From Planctomycetota bacterium (lineage in GTDB: Bacteria > Planctomycetota > UBA8108 > SXIK01), in NCBI GenBank assembly GCA_965223265.1, contig OZ244999.1:5696001-5760000 (forward strand): a DNA stretch of 64,000 nt. Reading direction: 5' to 3'. Below are positions 40,909 through 50,907 of the stretch, piece by piece (positions within the stretch are counted from its first letter, which is position 1; every line of letters starts with the position of its first letter). A model generated the notes under the pieces. The model saw only the letters and a list, made by a program, of their open reading frames with translations, had not been told where the DNA came from and made no database searches. Both the position numbers and the translations under genes were made by a program.

Positions 40909-42594
40909 TCAACGCTTCGCCGTCTGCGCTCGTCGCTCGCCGATGATGAACAGATGCTTCTCGCCGCGCAGGAGGATCTGGCCGTCCAAGATTGCGGCCG
41001 AGGCGAGCACGCTCTCGCCGACCGAGCTATGACTCACCTGCTCGAACTCGCGCCCGTAGCGGACGACGAACGTCTCGCCGTCTTCGTTGGTGATGTAGAT
41101 CAGGTCATCGCCAGCGACGAGCGACGAGGTGAAACGCCCGCTCAGACGCTGCTGGTATACCTTCTCGCCCGTCAATGCGTCGAGACAAGTGAGAATGCCC
41201 GTGTCGTTGACCAAGTAGAGAAGGTCCTTCCACAAGACAGGCGACGGCACGTGCGGGCCTCCTCGCGGCGAGCGCCACGCCACGCTCTCTGCTGAGATGT
41301 CGCCTTCGCCACCCGGACGGATTGCCAGCGTTGGACCGCTGCGGCCGCTCGTTGTGTAGACCATGCCGTGGCCGTAGACGAGCGTCGGCACGACTTCCCG
41401 CGTCGGGCCGGGACAGTGCCATAGCTCCTCGCCGGTCGCCGGATCGATGCCAAGCACAGTGAGCTTAGCCGCCCACAAGAGCTGCTCCTCGCCGCCGAAG
41501 CGCACGGCGATCGGCGTGCACCAACCCAGCGCCTTGTCGCGCTCGAACCGCCAACGCTCCTCGCCGCTGCGCTTGTCGATGGCACGACCAAGCGACGGAC
41601 CGCCGTTCTGTTCTTGGCACAGAATGACCAGATCTTGCCAAAGAATCGGCGACGCCGCTGTGCCGTGGCTGCCCTCGAACGGCGGCAGCTCGTACTGCCA
41701 GAGAAGCTGCTCACCATTCATATCATACGCCACGACACCGACGTTACCGAGAAAGAGGATCACTCTTTCACCGTCGGTCACCGGCGTTGCCGCGGCGTAT
41801 CCCGTCTTCTTTTGAATCTTCACTTGCGGCGGCGCTGGGGGCGCGTCGCGCACGAAAAGCACCTCGCTATCGCCACGGCGCAGACCGACGAGGGCGCGGC
41901 GGCGACCGTCTTCGAATGCGGCGGTCAGGTAGATCCGCTCGCCCCAGATGACAGGCGACGAGTTGCCGGCGCCTGGTAGTGCCACGCGCCGGACGTTCTC
42001 ATCAGGCGACCAACGCGTCGGTAGACCCGTCTCGTACGACGTGCCGTCAGCGCGCGGCCCGCGCCACTGCGGCCAGTAGCGCTCGGCCTCGGCCGTGACC
42101 AACACCGCTTCGATGGTGATCGGCTGATCCGAAGCGGTCTGCTGTGCCTTCACATCCACCGGCGCCGCGGGAGTCCGCTCCGGGACAGGGCGCGAACCGA
42201 TGGTGCGCTCCAGAAGTGCGAGAAACTGGGAGGAAATCTGCTGACGTCGCTCGTAGGCAGCAAGCAATTCGGGATCGCTCTGGATCGCATCAACCCCGCC
42301 GTGGGCGGCGGCAAAACGTGCCGGAGTGTCGGCGTTATCGAGGCGTTCATACTCGGTGAGTCGATCCCACATGTTGCGCATCGGCGCCAAGATCTCAGCG
42401 TACGAAGGATCGGCCAGGTCACGTGCAATCAGCGCCATCTCATCGCCGAGAGGATAAAGCTCATCGGCCTGCGCCGTCGGCGTGGCAGAGTCCGCTTTCG
42501 TCTCGACATCGGTCGGCGCGCCGCACCCCGCCGTGAAAAATAACACTGTCGCCATACAGCCAAGCCATTCGCAAGCTTGCCAAACGCGTTTCAC
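40909..42594 (-). CDS. Lipoprotein with PQQ-like (BamB-type) beta-propeller
   Basis: GAGGAG RBS before GTG 42594; lipobox TAGC; WPQWRGP..LPTRWS, GNSSPVIWG, ASPIL, VPSPVL, LRGEKHLF. Confidence 0.85.
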   Translation of the reverse strand: MKRVWQACEWLGCMATVLFFTAGCGAPTDVETKADSATPTAQADELYPLGDEMALIARDLADPSYAEILAPMRNMWDRLTEYERLDNADTPARFAAAHGGVDAIQSDPELLAAYERRQQISSQFLALLERTIGSRPVPERTPAAPVDVKAQQTASDQPITIEAVLVTAEAERYWPQWRGPRADGTSYETGLPTRWSPDENVRRVALPGAGNSSPVIWGERIYLTAAFEDGRRRALVGLRRGDSEVLFVRDAPPAPPQVKIQKKTGYAAATPVTDGERVILFLGNVGVVAYDMNGEQLLWQYELPPFEGSHGTAASPILWQDLVILCQEQNGGPSLGRAIDKRSGEERWRFERDKALGWCTPIAVRFGGEEQLLWAAKLTVLGIDPATGEELWHCPGPTREVVPTLVYGHGMVYTTSGRSGPTLAIRPGGEGDISAESVAWRSPRGGPHVPSPVLWKDLLYLVNDTGILTCLDALTGEKVYQQRLSGRFTSSLVAGDDLIYITNEDGETFVVRYGREFEQVSHSSVGESVLASAAILDGQILLRGEKHLFIIGERRAQTAKR

Positions 42595-42868
42595 GGTCTC
42601 CTCCTCGGGTTGAGGGCCAGCGAGCAAAGGTCGCACATCGACTGACGGTGTTGTATCCGGTCCCGACGCCGATGTCCAACCGGGCGGCAGAGCGCCGTGC
42701 CCAAAAACAAATGAGACCTGATGCGGCGAGGCGTCGACGCTCAAATGCATCGTGCTGGACTCTTTCGGGATGATCTGTGGCGGAGAGCATTTCGTCGGAG
42801 CTCGGCTCGCATCTGCTAGGGCCTACCCGCCACGACGCAACGCTCCACGCCGTAGATACCAGACTTGC

Positions 42869-44536
42869 CTACGATGTGGGCTTTTCAGATGAGTCGCTCA
42901 CGAGCATCGCCGCCCGCTTGCCCAGCAGGTCGCCTACTTCCTTTTCCTCGTCGATCACAGCACTAGCTCCGGCTGGTTCGAGAACCTCCGCGTGTCTGTG
43001 GTAGCGCGACCGTACGACCACAGGCACGTCCGACGCCTGACACCTAATCGCTCGCACCGCCTTCTCAGCGGTCCGAGGATCGGGCAGTGCCACGACAACA
43101 ACAGCGGCGGAGGCCACGTGCAGGTGTTCGAGGACCTCCGGGTGCGTTCCGTCGCCGACATGGGCGTCGAAACCGTCATCCCTGGCACTCGTCGCCAGGG
43201 CGGGGTTCAAATCGAGAACCGAGATCGGAAGAGAAGCGCCGCGAAGCACTCTCGCGCACATCCGCCCCGCAGGTCCGTATCCGACGAGCACCACGTGACG
43301 AGAGATCAGTTCTCGCTGACCCTCAGCGGTGGGAAGATTCACCCTCACGACTCCGAGCTTGGTGAGCGGCCGCAGGATTCCCGAAGCCAAACGTGGAGCC
43401 CAAGCAATCAGGTGCGGAGTGGCGCAGAGGGTCACCATCATGGTCGACACGATCACCATGAAGAGGTCGTGGTCTATGAGCGTTCTTCGCGAGGTCTCCG
43501 CGATAACGAAGGCGAACTCCCCGACCTGGGAGAGACAGAGTCCCGCAGCAAGCGATGACTGCGCGCTCTGTCGCAGGGTCCGAAGTGCGGCGAAGCAAAT
43601 GATCGCTTTCAGAGTCAGTACGCCGGCCGCCACCGCAAACGTAAGCCCGATGTGTTCGACGATCCACGCAGGGTCGGCAAGCATTCCGATCGAACTGAAA
43701 AACACTGTCACGAGAAGCGTACGCAACACCGAGAGGTCAGCCCGGACCTGCGTGGCGAAGGGTGATTCGCCAAGGAGCATACCCGCGATGAACGCTCCGA
43801 CGGCCGGGGACAGTCCGAGTTCGTGCGCCACGTAGATCGAAGCCAGGGCGCCTACGACTGCGAACAGAACCGGCAGCTCGCGATTTCTGAGGGAAGAGGT
43901 CGCAAGCAGTACGCGTGGGACGACGTGGTTGAAGGCCACGTAGAATCCAACGGTCGCCAGAATCAGCATCAGCCCCGTGCGGCCAATACTCCACATTGAC
44001 GCTGAGAGATTTGAGTCCGGAGCGCCGAGAAAGCCCGCGAGGAGCACGAGTGGGATCACTGCGAGGTCCTGGAGCAGGAGGATCCCGAGAGCGTGGCGTC
44101 CGTGCAGGCTGTCGATCTCCGCGCGAGCCATGAGTACCCGCAAGACACCCGCTGTACTGCTGAGCGCGAATGCGGCTCCAACGACCACCGCCGTTCGGAC
44201 GGGAAGTCCGGCCCAGGCGCCGACCACGGCGACAGCGATCAACGTCAACCCAACCTGTAGTGCTCCGCCGCCGAGCGCGGTCAAGCCAAGCGCCCGCAGG
44301 CGGCGCCACGAGAATTCCAATCCGAGCGAGAAGAGCAGCAAGCAGACTCCGACCTCTGCGAGACCTTCCACCTCCTGGCTCGTCGATACCACATCGAGTG
44401 CGTTCGGTCCGAGCAGCATGCCTGCAAGCAAGTAACCGAGAAGAGCACTCTGTCGAAGACGCTCGCACAGAGCGCCGAAAACGAACGCGACGCCAAGAAG
44501 GACCCCGATCTCGAATAGGATCGACCAAAAATCCAT
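42869..44536 (-). CDS. Cation:proton antiporter (CPA2/Kef-like) with C-terminal TrkA-N domain
   Basis: GYLLAGMLLGP, LLFSLGLEFS, ALSSTA, GILLLQD, GAFIAG, QVGEFAFV, GYGPAG..GDGT. Confidence 0.93.
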   Translation of the reverse strand: MDFWSILFEIGVLLGVAFVFGALCERLRQSALLGYLLAGMLLGPNALDVVSTSQEVEGLAEVGVCLLLFSLGLEFSWRRLRALGLTALGGGALQVGLTLIAVAVVGAWAGLPVRTAVVVGAAFALSSTAGVLRVLMARAEIDSLHGRHALGILLLQDLAVIPLVLLAGFLGAPDSNLSASMWSIGRTGLMLILATVGFYVAFNHVVPRVLLATSSLRNRELPVLFAVVGALASIYVAHELGLSPAVGAFIAGMLLGESPFATQVRADLSVLRTLLVTVFFSSIGMLADPAWIVEHIGLTFAVAAGVLTLKAIICFAALRTLRQSAQSSLAAGLCLSQVGEFAFVIAETSRRTLIDHDLFMVIVSTMMVTLCATPHLIAWAPRLASGILRPLTKLGVVRVNLPTAEGQRELISRHVVLVGYGPAGRMCARVLRGASLPISVLDLNPALATSARDDGFDAHVGDGTHPEVLEHLHVASAAVVVVALPDPRTAEKAVRAIRCQASDVPVVVRSRYHRHAEVLEPAGASAVIDEEKEVGDLLGKRAAMLVSDSSEKPTS

Positions 44537-44908
44537 CAAGGAAGCTGCCTCGCTTTCATGGTGCGCTGTCCGCCATCCTATCGAAGGGAAAACCACTTGC
44601 GAGCGGCGCAGACAATCCGTTCCGGTCTCACAACGTCCCCCTCAAGTGGGCGGGTCGCCACTGAAATGTCACGCTAACGTGTGGGGCGAGAAATCGGATG
44701 CTGCCCGGACAAAGACTCGTCCAAGCAAAAGGCTCCCCGCGCGCGTGCGCATTTTAGCCAAGCGAGCCGCGGAAGTAGCCAGTACTCCTCGCGATCCTGC
44801 CAAGTGGTCGATCCCGTGCAGATAGAGTATCCTGCTCAGAGCTTCGTTGGGTGAGCCATTTCTCGAAATCCCACTCTCTGAATCGCAACTGCCCTAGGAC
44901 GTTCACGT

Positions 44909-45898
44909 TTGTCTGCTGATCGACAGTCTGGCAGTGACCCGAGCGGCCTTTGGGCTCTCGCGTGTTACTTCAACCCGCTCGAGCACCGACAGCGACTCGC
45001 CAACTACCACGCGTTTCGTCGCCGATTGAACGTGCCTCTGATCACGGTGGAGCTCGCCTACGGCGACAGCTACGAACTTGGCGCGGATGACGCAGAGATT
45101 CTGATCCAACGGCGCGGCCGCGACGTGCTTTGGCAGAAGGAACGCTTACTCAATATCGGTTTGCAAGCTCTGCCCCGAGAGTGCGACAAGATCGCTTGGC
45201 TCGATTGTGACGTGGTCTTCCGAACCACCGACTGGCGGGAGCGAGCCTGCGAACTCTTGCGTGACTTCGCCGCGATCCAGTTGTTCGACACCGCATACTT
45301 TCTTTCTCCGGGAATGACGCCGCGGCCACCATCTCAGGTCTCCTCAGGCTACTCGCAACCGGCGATCGCGCGCTGGCTCGTCCTGCAAGACCGCCGCGTA
45401 CGGCATCGCGAAGCGCCCAGGCGGCAGGCCTGGGGACTCGGATGGGCAGCGCGGCGAGACGTGCTCGACCGTCACGGGTTCTACGACACCTGTATCATCG
45501 GTGGCGGCGACGCGGCGATGGCCTATGCGTTTCGCGGTTGTCTGCAGGGTGCTGTCGACGCACTGCGAATGAACGACCGGCAAACCGCCCACTACTTGGC
45601 CTGGGCAGAACCAGTATCCCAAGACATGCGCGGGCAGGTCAGTTGGCTTGACATCGAGATCGAGCATCTTTGGCACGGCGATCACGAACGTCGCGCGTAC
45701 CGCAGTCGTCACCGCAGCTTTCGACGATTCGGCTTTGATCCGTACCAAGACGTTGCGCGGGATGGGAGCGACTGCTGGTGCTGGAACACCAAAAAACACG
45801 ATATGCACGAATGGGTCCTGCGTTACTTCGCCTCCCGACAGGCGAGTGACGAGTCGAAAGACCTTTCACCCACCCGCGATCCTCGGCCGCGACGATGA
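44909..45898 (+). CDS. Uncharacterised glycosyltransferase-A-like protein
   Basis: CYFNP, VELAY, LWQKERLLN, AWLDCDV (DxD), IGGGD, HLWHG..R.Y..R. Confidence 0.65.
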   Translation: MSADRQSGSDPSGLWALACYFNPLEHRQRLANYHAFRRRLNVPLITVELAYGDSYELGADDAEILIQRRGRDVLWQKERLLNIGLQALPRECDKIAWLDCDVVFRTTDWRERACELLRDFAAIQLFDTAYFLSPGMTPRPPSQVSSGYSQPAIARWLVLQDRRVRHREAPRRQAWGLGWAARRDVLDRHGFYDTCIIGGGDAAMAYAFRGCLQGAVDALRMNDRQTAHYLAWAEPVSQDMRGQVSWLDIEIEHLWHGDHERRAYRSRHRSFRRFGFDPYQDVARDGSDCWCWNTKKHDMHEWVLRYFASRQASDESKDLSPTRDPRPRR

Positions 45899-46150
45899 CC
45901 CCAACGCCTGCAAGAATGGCGAAGCGCGCGTCGGTCGGAGCCATGCTCCGATAAACTCAGCCGCGCACCGCGCGTTGCCGGGTGAAACGTTGATAATGTG
46001 GCCTTACGAACCACTTATTGTTAGCGGTTCACCTCCGAAATCGGATAGAGTCTACCGCTTCAATGATCCGGGGGACGCAGTTGAAAACGTTCGCATCCCG
46101 AATCGCAAGCACGACGGCGGAGAGGCCGGAGATCTGAGATAGAGACACAC

Positions 46151-47611
46151 TTGACTGACTTCCGTGATCTCGGGCTGTCGAAGGATGTCCTTCGCGCCGT
46201 TCATAAAGAAGGCTACGAGCTAGCGACTCCGATCCAGATCCAAGCCATCCCCGAGGCTCTCGCGGGCCGGGATCTCATGGGAAATGCGCAAACTGGTACG
46301 GGAAAGACCGCGGCCTTCGCGATGCCCGTGCTCGAGCGACTGAGAGCGGGCGGCAGCCCACCTCGGGGCCAGCCGCGGGGCCGCCACCGGGAATTTACAC
46401 CGCCGAGGCGCATTCGAGCTCTCGTCTTGGCGCCGACCCGCGAGTTAGCGGCACAGATCGGCGCAAGCTTTAGCGCCTACGGCCGCTTCACCGGATTACG
46501 AAACACTGTCATCTTTGGTGGGGTCGGACAGGGACCGCAGGTACAAGCCATCAAACGCGGCATCGACATCCTCGTCGCCACCCCAGGCCGGCTCGAGGAT
46601 CTGATGGGTCAACGCGTCGTCAGTCTTCGAGACGTCGAAATCCTGATTCTCGACGAGGCTGACCATATGCTCGACATCGGCTTCATCCACGCGCTACGAC
46701 GCATCGTGAAAACAGTCCCAGCGTCGCGACAGACGCTCATGTTCTCCGCAACAATGCCGAACGAAATCCGTCGCTTGGCGAAGGAGTGGCTGAACGACCC
46801 AGTGCACGTTCAGGTAGATCCAGTTTCGACTCCTGCAGAAGATGTGGAGCAGTCCGTCTATTACGTCGAAAAGAAACAGAAACCCAGACTGCTCGCCGCG
46901 TTGTTGAAAGAACTGCCGCGGCATCGATCACTGGTTTTCACACGCACCAAGTACGGTGCTGACAAAGTGGTCAAGCTGCTGAAACGTGAGGGACTCGAGG
47001 CGGCGGCGATCCATGGGAACAAGAGTCAAGGGCACCGTCAGCGAGTGCTCGCACAGTTCAAATCGCATCGAATCACGGTCCTCGTCGCCACCGACATTGC
47101 AGCGCGGGGACTCGACATCGACGGTATCACGCACGTGTTCAATGTCGATCTGCCGGAGGTTGCCGAGGTGTACGTGCACCGCATCGGCCGAACGGGAAGA
47201 GCAGGTGCGACAGGAATTGCGATCTCGTTCTGCGCGCGCGAGGAGGTGTCACTCCTTCGCGCCATTACAAGGCTGACAAAAAGAGAGATTCGCAGGGAAG
47301 AGACACCAACACAACTCCAGTCGCAAGAGGCACCACCGGCGCGGGTCGGCACAGCTCGCGCGGCAAGGGCAAATCAGCCTCGCCAACGGGGCGAGAAAGA
47401 GAACGGAAGAACGCCGCGACGAGGCCGCCAGCATCACTCGAAAGATGGTGCCGACAGCAAATCAAGCGAAACTCGTGGGGAGAACACGCGGAACGAAAGG
47501 CAGAGCGAAAGGCGACGGCCGAAAGCAGCAGCTAAGGCGCGGCGACGACGGCGGTCTCGGAGAACGGCGCCTCCCAGGCGCCGACAGAACGACTCGCAGA
47601 GGAGTGAATAG
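46151..47611 (+). CDS. DEAD-box RNA helicase (RhlE-like) with basic C-terminal tail
   Basis: Q motif [43 protein letters not shown]; TTG start. Confidence 0.95.
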   Translation: MTDFRDLGLSKDVLRAVHKEGYELATPIQIQAIPEALAGRDLMGNAQTGTGKTAAFAMPVLERLRAGGSPPRGQPRGRHREFTPPRRIRALVLAPTRELAAQIGASFSAYGRFTGLRNTVIFGGVGQGPQVQAIKRGIDILVATPGRLEDLMGQRVVSLRDVEILILDEADHMLDIGFIHALRRIVKTVPASRQTLMFSATMPNEIRRLAKEWLNDPVHVQVDPVSTPAEDVEQSVYYVEKKQKPRLLAALLKELPRHRSLVFTRTKYGADKVVKLLKREGLEAAAIHGNKSQGHRQRVLAQFKSHRITVLVATDIAARGLDIDGITHVFNVDLPEVAEVYVHRIGRTGRAGATGIAISFCAREEVSLLRAITRLTKREIRREETPTQLQSQEAPPARVGTARAARANQPRQRGEKENGRTPRRGRQHHSKDGADSKSSETRGENTRNERQSERRRPKAAAKARRRRRSRRTAPPRRRQNDSQRSE

Positions 47612-47879
47612 AGAGAACGAGAGAAAACGAAGTGAGGAGATCGAACATCGGTGCGGCGAGAGCCCGGAAGAGATATCACGCGCCAAGCCGGTGACGGCGA
47701 CCAAACGTCGCGACCGAAGTTGAGACGATTTGGTGCCACGAAGCCAAAAACTCAGCCGAAAAATTATAGCAGGCGGGTTGGATAGGCCGACTCAAAGGTC
47801 GGAAGGCGAGGCGCGTGGAGCTGCGACGATGACGGTCGTACGCACACGCCTCGAAGAGCTTGCAAGGATCGAAGGAAAA

Positions 47880-48881
47880 ATGGACGCACAAACGAACCGC
47901 ACGAGAGACGACAAAGACGTCATCCTCGAAACAAAGGCGTACGCCCAGGAACGTCCTTGGTTGAGTTGGTGGCACCTCGCGTCGACGCTCGCTATCTTCT
48001 GTTTTCTCGCGGCGTTGACGGTCGTCGTCGATTCCACCGCGATCAAACTCGCGGCGAGCTTCCTGCTTGGGCTCGTCATGGTGCGCATCTTCATTCTCTA
48101 CCATGACGCCGAGCACGGGACGATCTTTCGTGGCTCCCGTCTGGCACGCTCGATCATGTACGTCTATGGCCTGTTCGTCCTCAATCCACCGAACATCTGG
48201 CGCCGCTCGCACGACCATCATCACAGAAACAACGCCAAGATCTTTGGTGCCAGCATTGGCTCCTACCCAGTCATGACACGGGAGAACTACGAAAAAGCTT
48301 CCCGCCGCACGCGCCTTGCTTACTCGATCTCAAGACACCCGCTGACGATCGCGTTAGGCTATTTAACGATCTTCTTCTGGGGTATGTGCTTACGATCATT
48401 CCTCGTCAACCCGAAAGCACACTGGGACTCGGCCTTGTCGATCGTGCTTCACGTCAGCCTCGTCATCACGCTTCTGTTCATTAGCCCAGGTGTCGTGCCA
48501 TTTCTCGTCATCATTCCAATGGTAGTCGCGTCGGCAATGGGGGCTTACCTGTTCTATGCTCAGCACAACTTTCCAGCTGTGAAGCTCCGCGATCGAGAAA
48601 ACTGGGACTACTACTTCGCCGCGCTTCACTCCTCGAGCTTCATCCGCATGGGCGCCCTGCTTAACTGGTTCACCGGCAATATCGGGTACCACCACGTCCA
48701 CCATCTCAACGCGAAGATCCCGTTCTATCGATTGCCGGAAGCCATGAAGGGGATCAAAGAACTCCAGTCTCCAGGTGAGACATCGCTCGGCATACTCGAC
48801 GTGTGGCGCTGCTGCCGGCTCAAACTTTGGGATGCGAAGGCCGACCGCATGATCTCGTTTCGCGAGTTGGCTCGCCCCTGA
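47880..48881 (+). CDS. Membrane fatty acid desaturase (Des-like)
   Basis: His boxes HDAEH, HDHHH, HHVHH; FYAQHNF; IPFYRL; AAGGA RBS before ATG 47880. Confidence 0.92.
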   Translation: MDAQTNRTRDDKDVILETKAYAQERPWLSWWHLASTLAIFCFLAALTVVVDSTAIKLAASFLLGLVMVRIFILYHDAEHGTIFRGSRLARSIMYVYGLFVLNPPNIWRRSHDHHHRNNAKIFGASIGSYPVMTRENYEKASRRTRLAYSISRHPLTIALGYLTIFFWGMCLRSFLVNPKAHWDSALSIVLHVSLVITLLFISPGVVPFLVIIPMVVASAMGAYLFYAQHNFPAVKLRDRENWDYYFAALHSSSFIRMGALLNWFTGNIGYHHVHHLNAKIPFYRLPEAMKGIKELQSPGETSLGILDVWRCCRLKLWDAKADRMISFRELARP

Positions 48882-49174
48882 GCCTCACAAACCAAAACGA
48901 TCGCGTCGGTCGAGCGACGACTCGCCGACCTCGCGGACGTTCGCGTCGCTATCGACTGCTTGAGTAGCCACGAGCTGAAGACCGCCCCCTATGATGGCGC
49001 CCAATACCTTCGGCGACTTGGGCTCGACGCGAAGACACCGGCAGCTGCGCCGTCAAATTCGACGCCGAGCTCAAGAGCACCGGCGTCGCAAATCTCCGCC
49101 GTCCAGCGCGGTCGACCCAATGAGAGCGTAGCGGGGAGTCGCCGCGCCGGCCGTCTTGCACCGCGATTCGATGG

Positions 49175-49365
49175 CGCGCGATTGCGTGGGGGTGGATCCT
49201 CGAGCGCCTGCCGCTTCTCTGCCTGATCTTCGTCTGCTTCGTTTGCTTCGTTCGCTTCTGTTCAAGATTCAAGAGATCAGAACAAGAGTTGAACGAAAGG
49301 AGCCCAAAGGAGCAGGCAATGCCGTGTGTCGTCCGGACGGCACGTAGGAGCGTGCGTGCTACTTT
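49175..49365 (+). repeat. Dispersed intergenic repeat copy (same family as 40600-40797 and 8150-8255)
   Basis: Near-identical GCGCGATTGCGTG..GGATCCTCGAGCGCCTGCCGCTTCTCTGCCTGATC.. module with extra 9-bp CTTCGT(T/C)(T/C)G units. Confidence 0.85.
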
Positions 49366-49391
49366 GAAGATCGGCGGCGATACGTGTCTAT

Positions 49392-50256
49392 AGTAGCAGG
49401 CACACGCCGCTTCAAGGCCGTGGGCGTGGCCGTGGGCGTGGGCGTGGGCGTGGGCGTGGGCGTGGGCGTGGGCGCCTCTTCAACGTAGCAGGCACACGCC
49501 GTGTGCCGTTCTGGAGGTGACCGCCGACTGTGACTGTGACCGCGAGTCGTCATCGCTCGTTCTCAAGAACTCCCAGCCTCTCCGTGTGCCGTCCGGCCTT
49601 GTCGACGTGAGCGTGGGCGTGGGCGTGGGCGTGGGCGTGGGCGTGGGCGTGGGCGTGGGCGTGGGCGTGGGCGTGGGCGTGGGCGTGGGCGTGGGCGCCT
49701 CTTCAACGTAGCAGGCACACGCCGTGTGCCGTTCTGGAGGTGACCGCCGACTGTGACTGTGACCGCGAGTCGTCATCGCTCGTTCTCAAGAACTCCCAGC
49801 CTCTCCGTGTGCCGTCCGGCCTTGTCGACGTGAGCGTTTGCGTGGGCGTGGGCGTGGGCGTGGGCGTGGGCGTGGGCGTGGGCGTTTGCGTGGGCGAGTG
49901 CATGGGCGTGGGCGTGGGCGAGTGCGAGTGCGTGGGCGAGTGCGTTTGCGTGGGCGTTTGCGTGGGCGTTTGCGTTTGCGTTTGCGTTTGCGTTTGCGTT
50001 TGCGTTTGCGTGGGCGTGGGCGTGGCCGTGGCCGTGGGCGAGGGCGAGGGCGAGGGCGAGGGCGAGGGCGTGGGCGTGGGCGTGGGCGCCTCTTCAACGT
50101 AGCAGGCACACGCCGTGTGCCGTTCTGGAGGTGACCGCCGACTGTGACTGTGACCGCGCGTCGTCATCGCTCGTTCTCAAGAACTCCCAGCCTCTCCGTG
50201 TGCCGTCCGGCCTTGTCGACGTGAGCGTGGGCGTGGGCGTGGGCGTGGGCGTGGGA
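49392..50256 (+). repeat. Tandem array of three 139-bp cores separated by variable G-rich hexamer tracts
   Basis: Cores at 49474-49612, 49697-49835 and 50088-50226 (one substitution in copy 3). Hexamer tracts of 9, 14, 42 and 4 units (GTGGGC with GTTTGC, GAGTGC, GAGGGC, GTGGCC variants). Confidence 0.92.
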
Positions 50257-50344
50257 ATATTCTGGTTCTGAATCTGTATCTGAATCTCCGCCTCCGCCTC
50301 TGCCTCCCTCTTGCGCCACCCGCTCCCAAGCACAATCTTTTCAC

Positions 50345-50386
50345 TTGAAATTTAGTTAATCTACAGATAATTTGTAGATTAACTAA
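50345..50386 (+). promoter_or_regulatory. AT-rich promoter with a perfect 14-bp inverted repeat (putative MarR operator)
   Basis: TTAGTTAATCTACA-gataatt-TGTAGATTAACTAA (50352-50386) ends on the A of the marR ATG; TTGAAA (50345-50350) lies 17 bp before TAATTT. Confidence 0.8.
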
Positions 50387-50853
50387 TGAAAAGCAACAAG
50401 CCTCAAAGACACACCGCCTATCAAACTCTCGTCACCCTCGTCCGTCTCGGCGGGCTCCTTCGCAAAGCCGGAGACCGGTTCTTCTCCGGCTACGGGCTGA
50501 CGTGGACGCAGTTCTGCGTCCTCATGGCTCTCAAGTACGAACTGCCGCGCGGCGGCACTCAGAACGAGCTTTGCGGCGCGCTGCTCGTCAAACCAGCCAA
50601 CATGACCGGGATCGTGCGACGAATGGAAGCCATAGGGCTTGTGACTCGCGAAGTTGATGCGGAGGACGAGCGCGTGTGGATCGTGAACATGACGACTCAA
50701 GGTCGCCGAACTCTCCAACAGATCGAATCAGCCTACTACCGCGATGCCGAACGCATCATGGGAGCCCGGTCAGAAACCGAGCTCAAGCGACTGTCGCTAC
50801 AGCTCGAACAAACCCAAGCTGCCGTGTTGGCGCAGACCGATCAGACCGTCTGA
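50386..50853 (+). CDS. MarR family transcriptional regulator
   Basis: GLTWTQFCVL, TQNEL..L.VKPANMTGIVRRME..GLVTR..DAEDER...V.MTTQG. Confidence 0.93.
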   Translation: MKSNKPQRHTAYQTLVTLVRLGGLLRKAGDRFFSGYGLTWTQFCVLMALKYELPRGGTQNELCGALLVKPANMTGIVRRMEAIGLVTREVDAEDERVWIVNMTTQGRRTLQQIESAYYRDAERIMGARSETELKRLSLQLEQTQAAVLAQTDQTV

Positions 50854-50907
50854 GACCCGCTGGATGCGCACTTCGAGGCGCCCCGGTGTCTGAGAGGAGC
50901 AGAAGCT

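Noticed and set aside
44670-46030. Integron cassette (CTAAC near 44675, GTTAGC near 46020) around the GT-like gene
   Set aside because: No paired attC R''/R' boxes at a plausible spacing and no integrase.
49392-50256. CRISPR array
   Set aside because: The repeats are 139 bp, the spacers are low-complexity microsatellites of very unequal length, and there are no cas genes.
49359-50333. Short ORFs with PT/VG/RP/RG repeats (e.g. [23 protein letters not shown]) as RiPP precursors for the neighbouring operon
   Set aside because: They arise in several frames on both strands from stop-free hexamer repeats, lack an RBS, and the same DNA occurs at unrelated intergenic sites.
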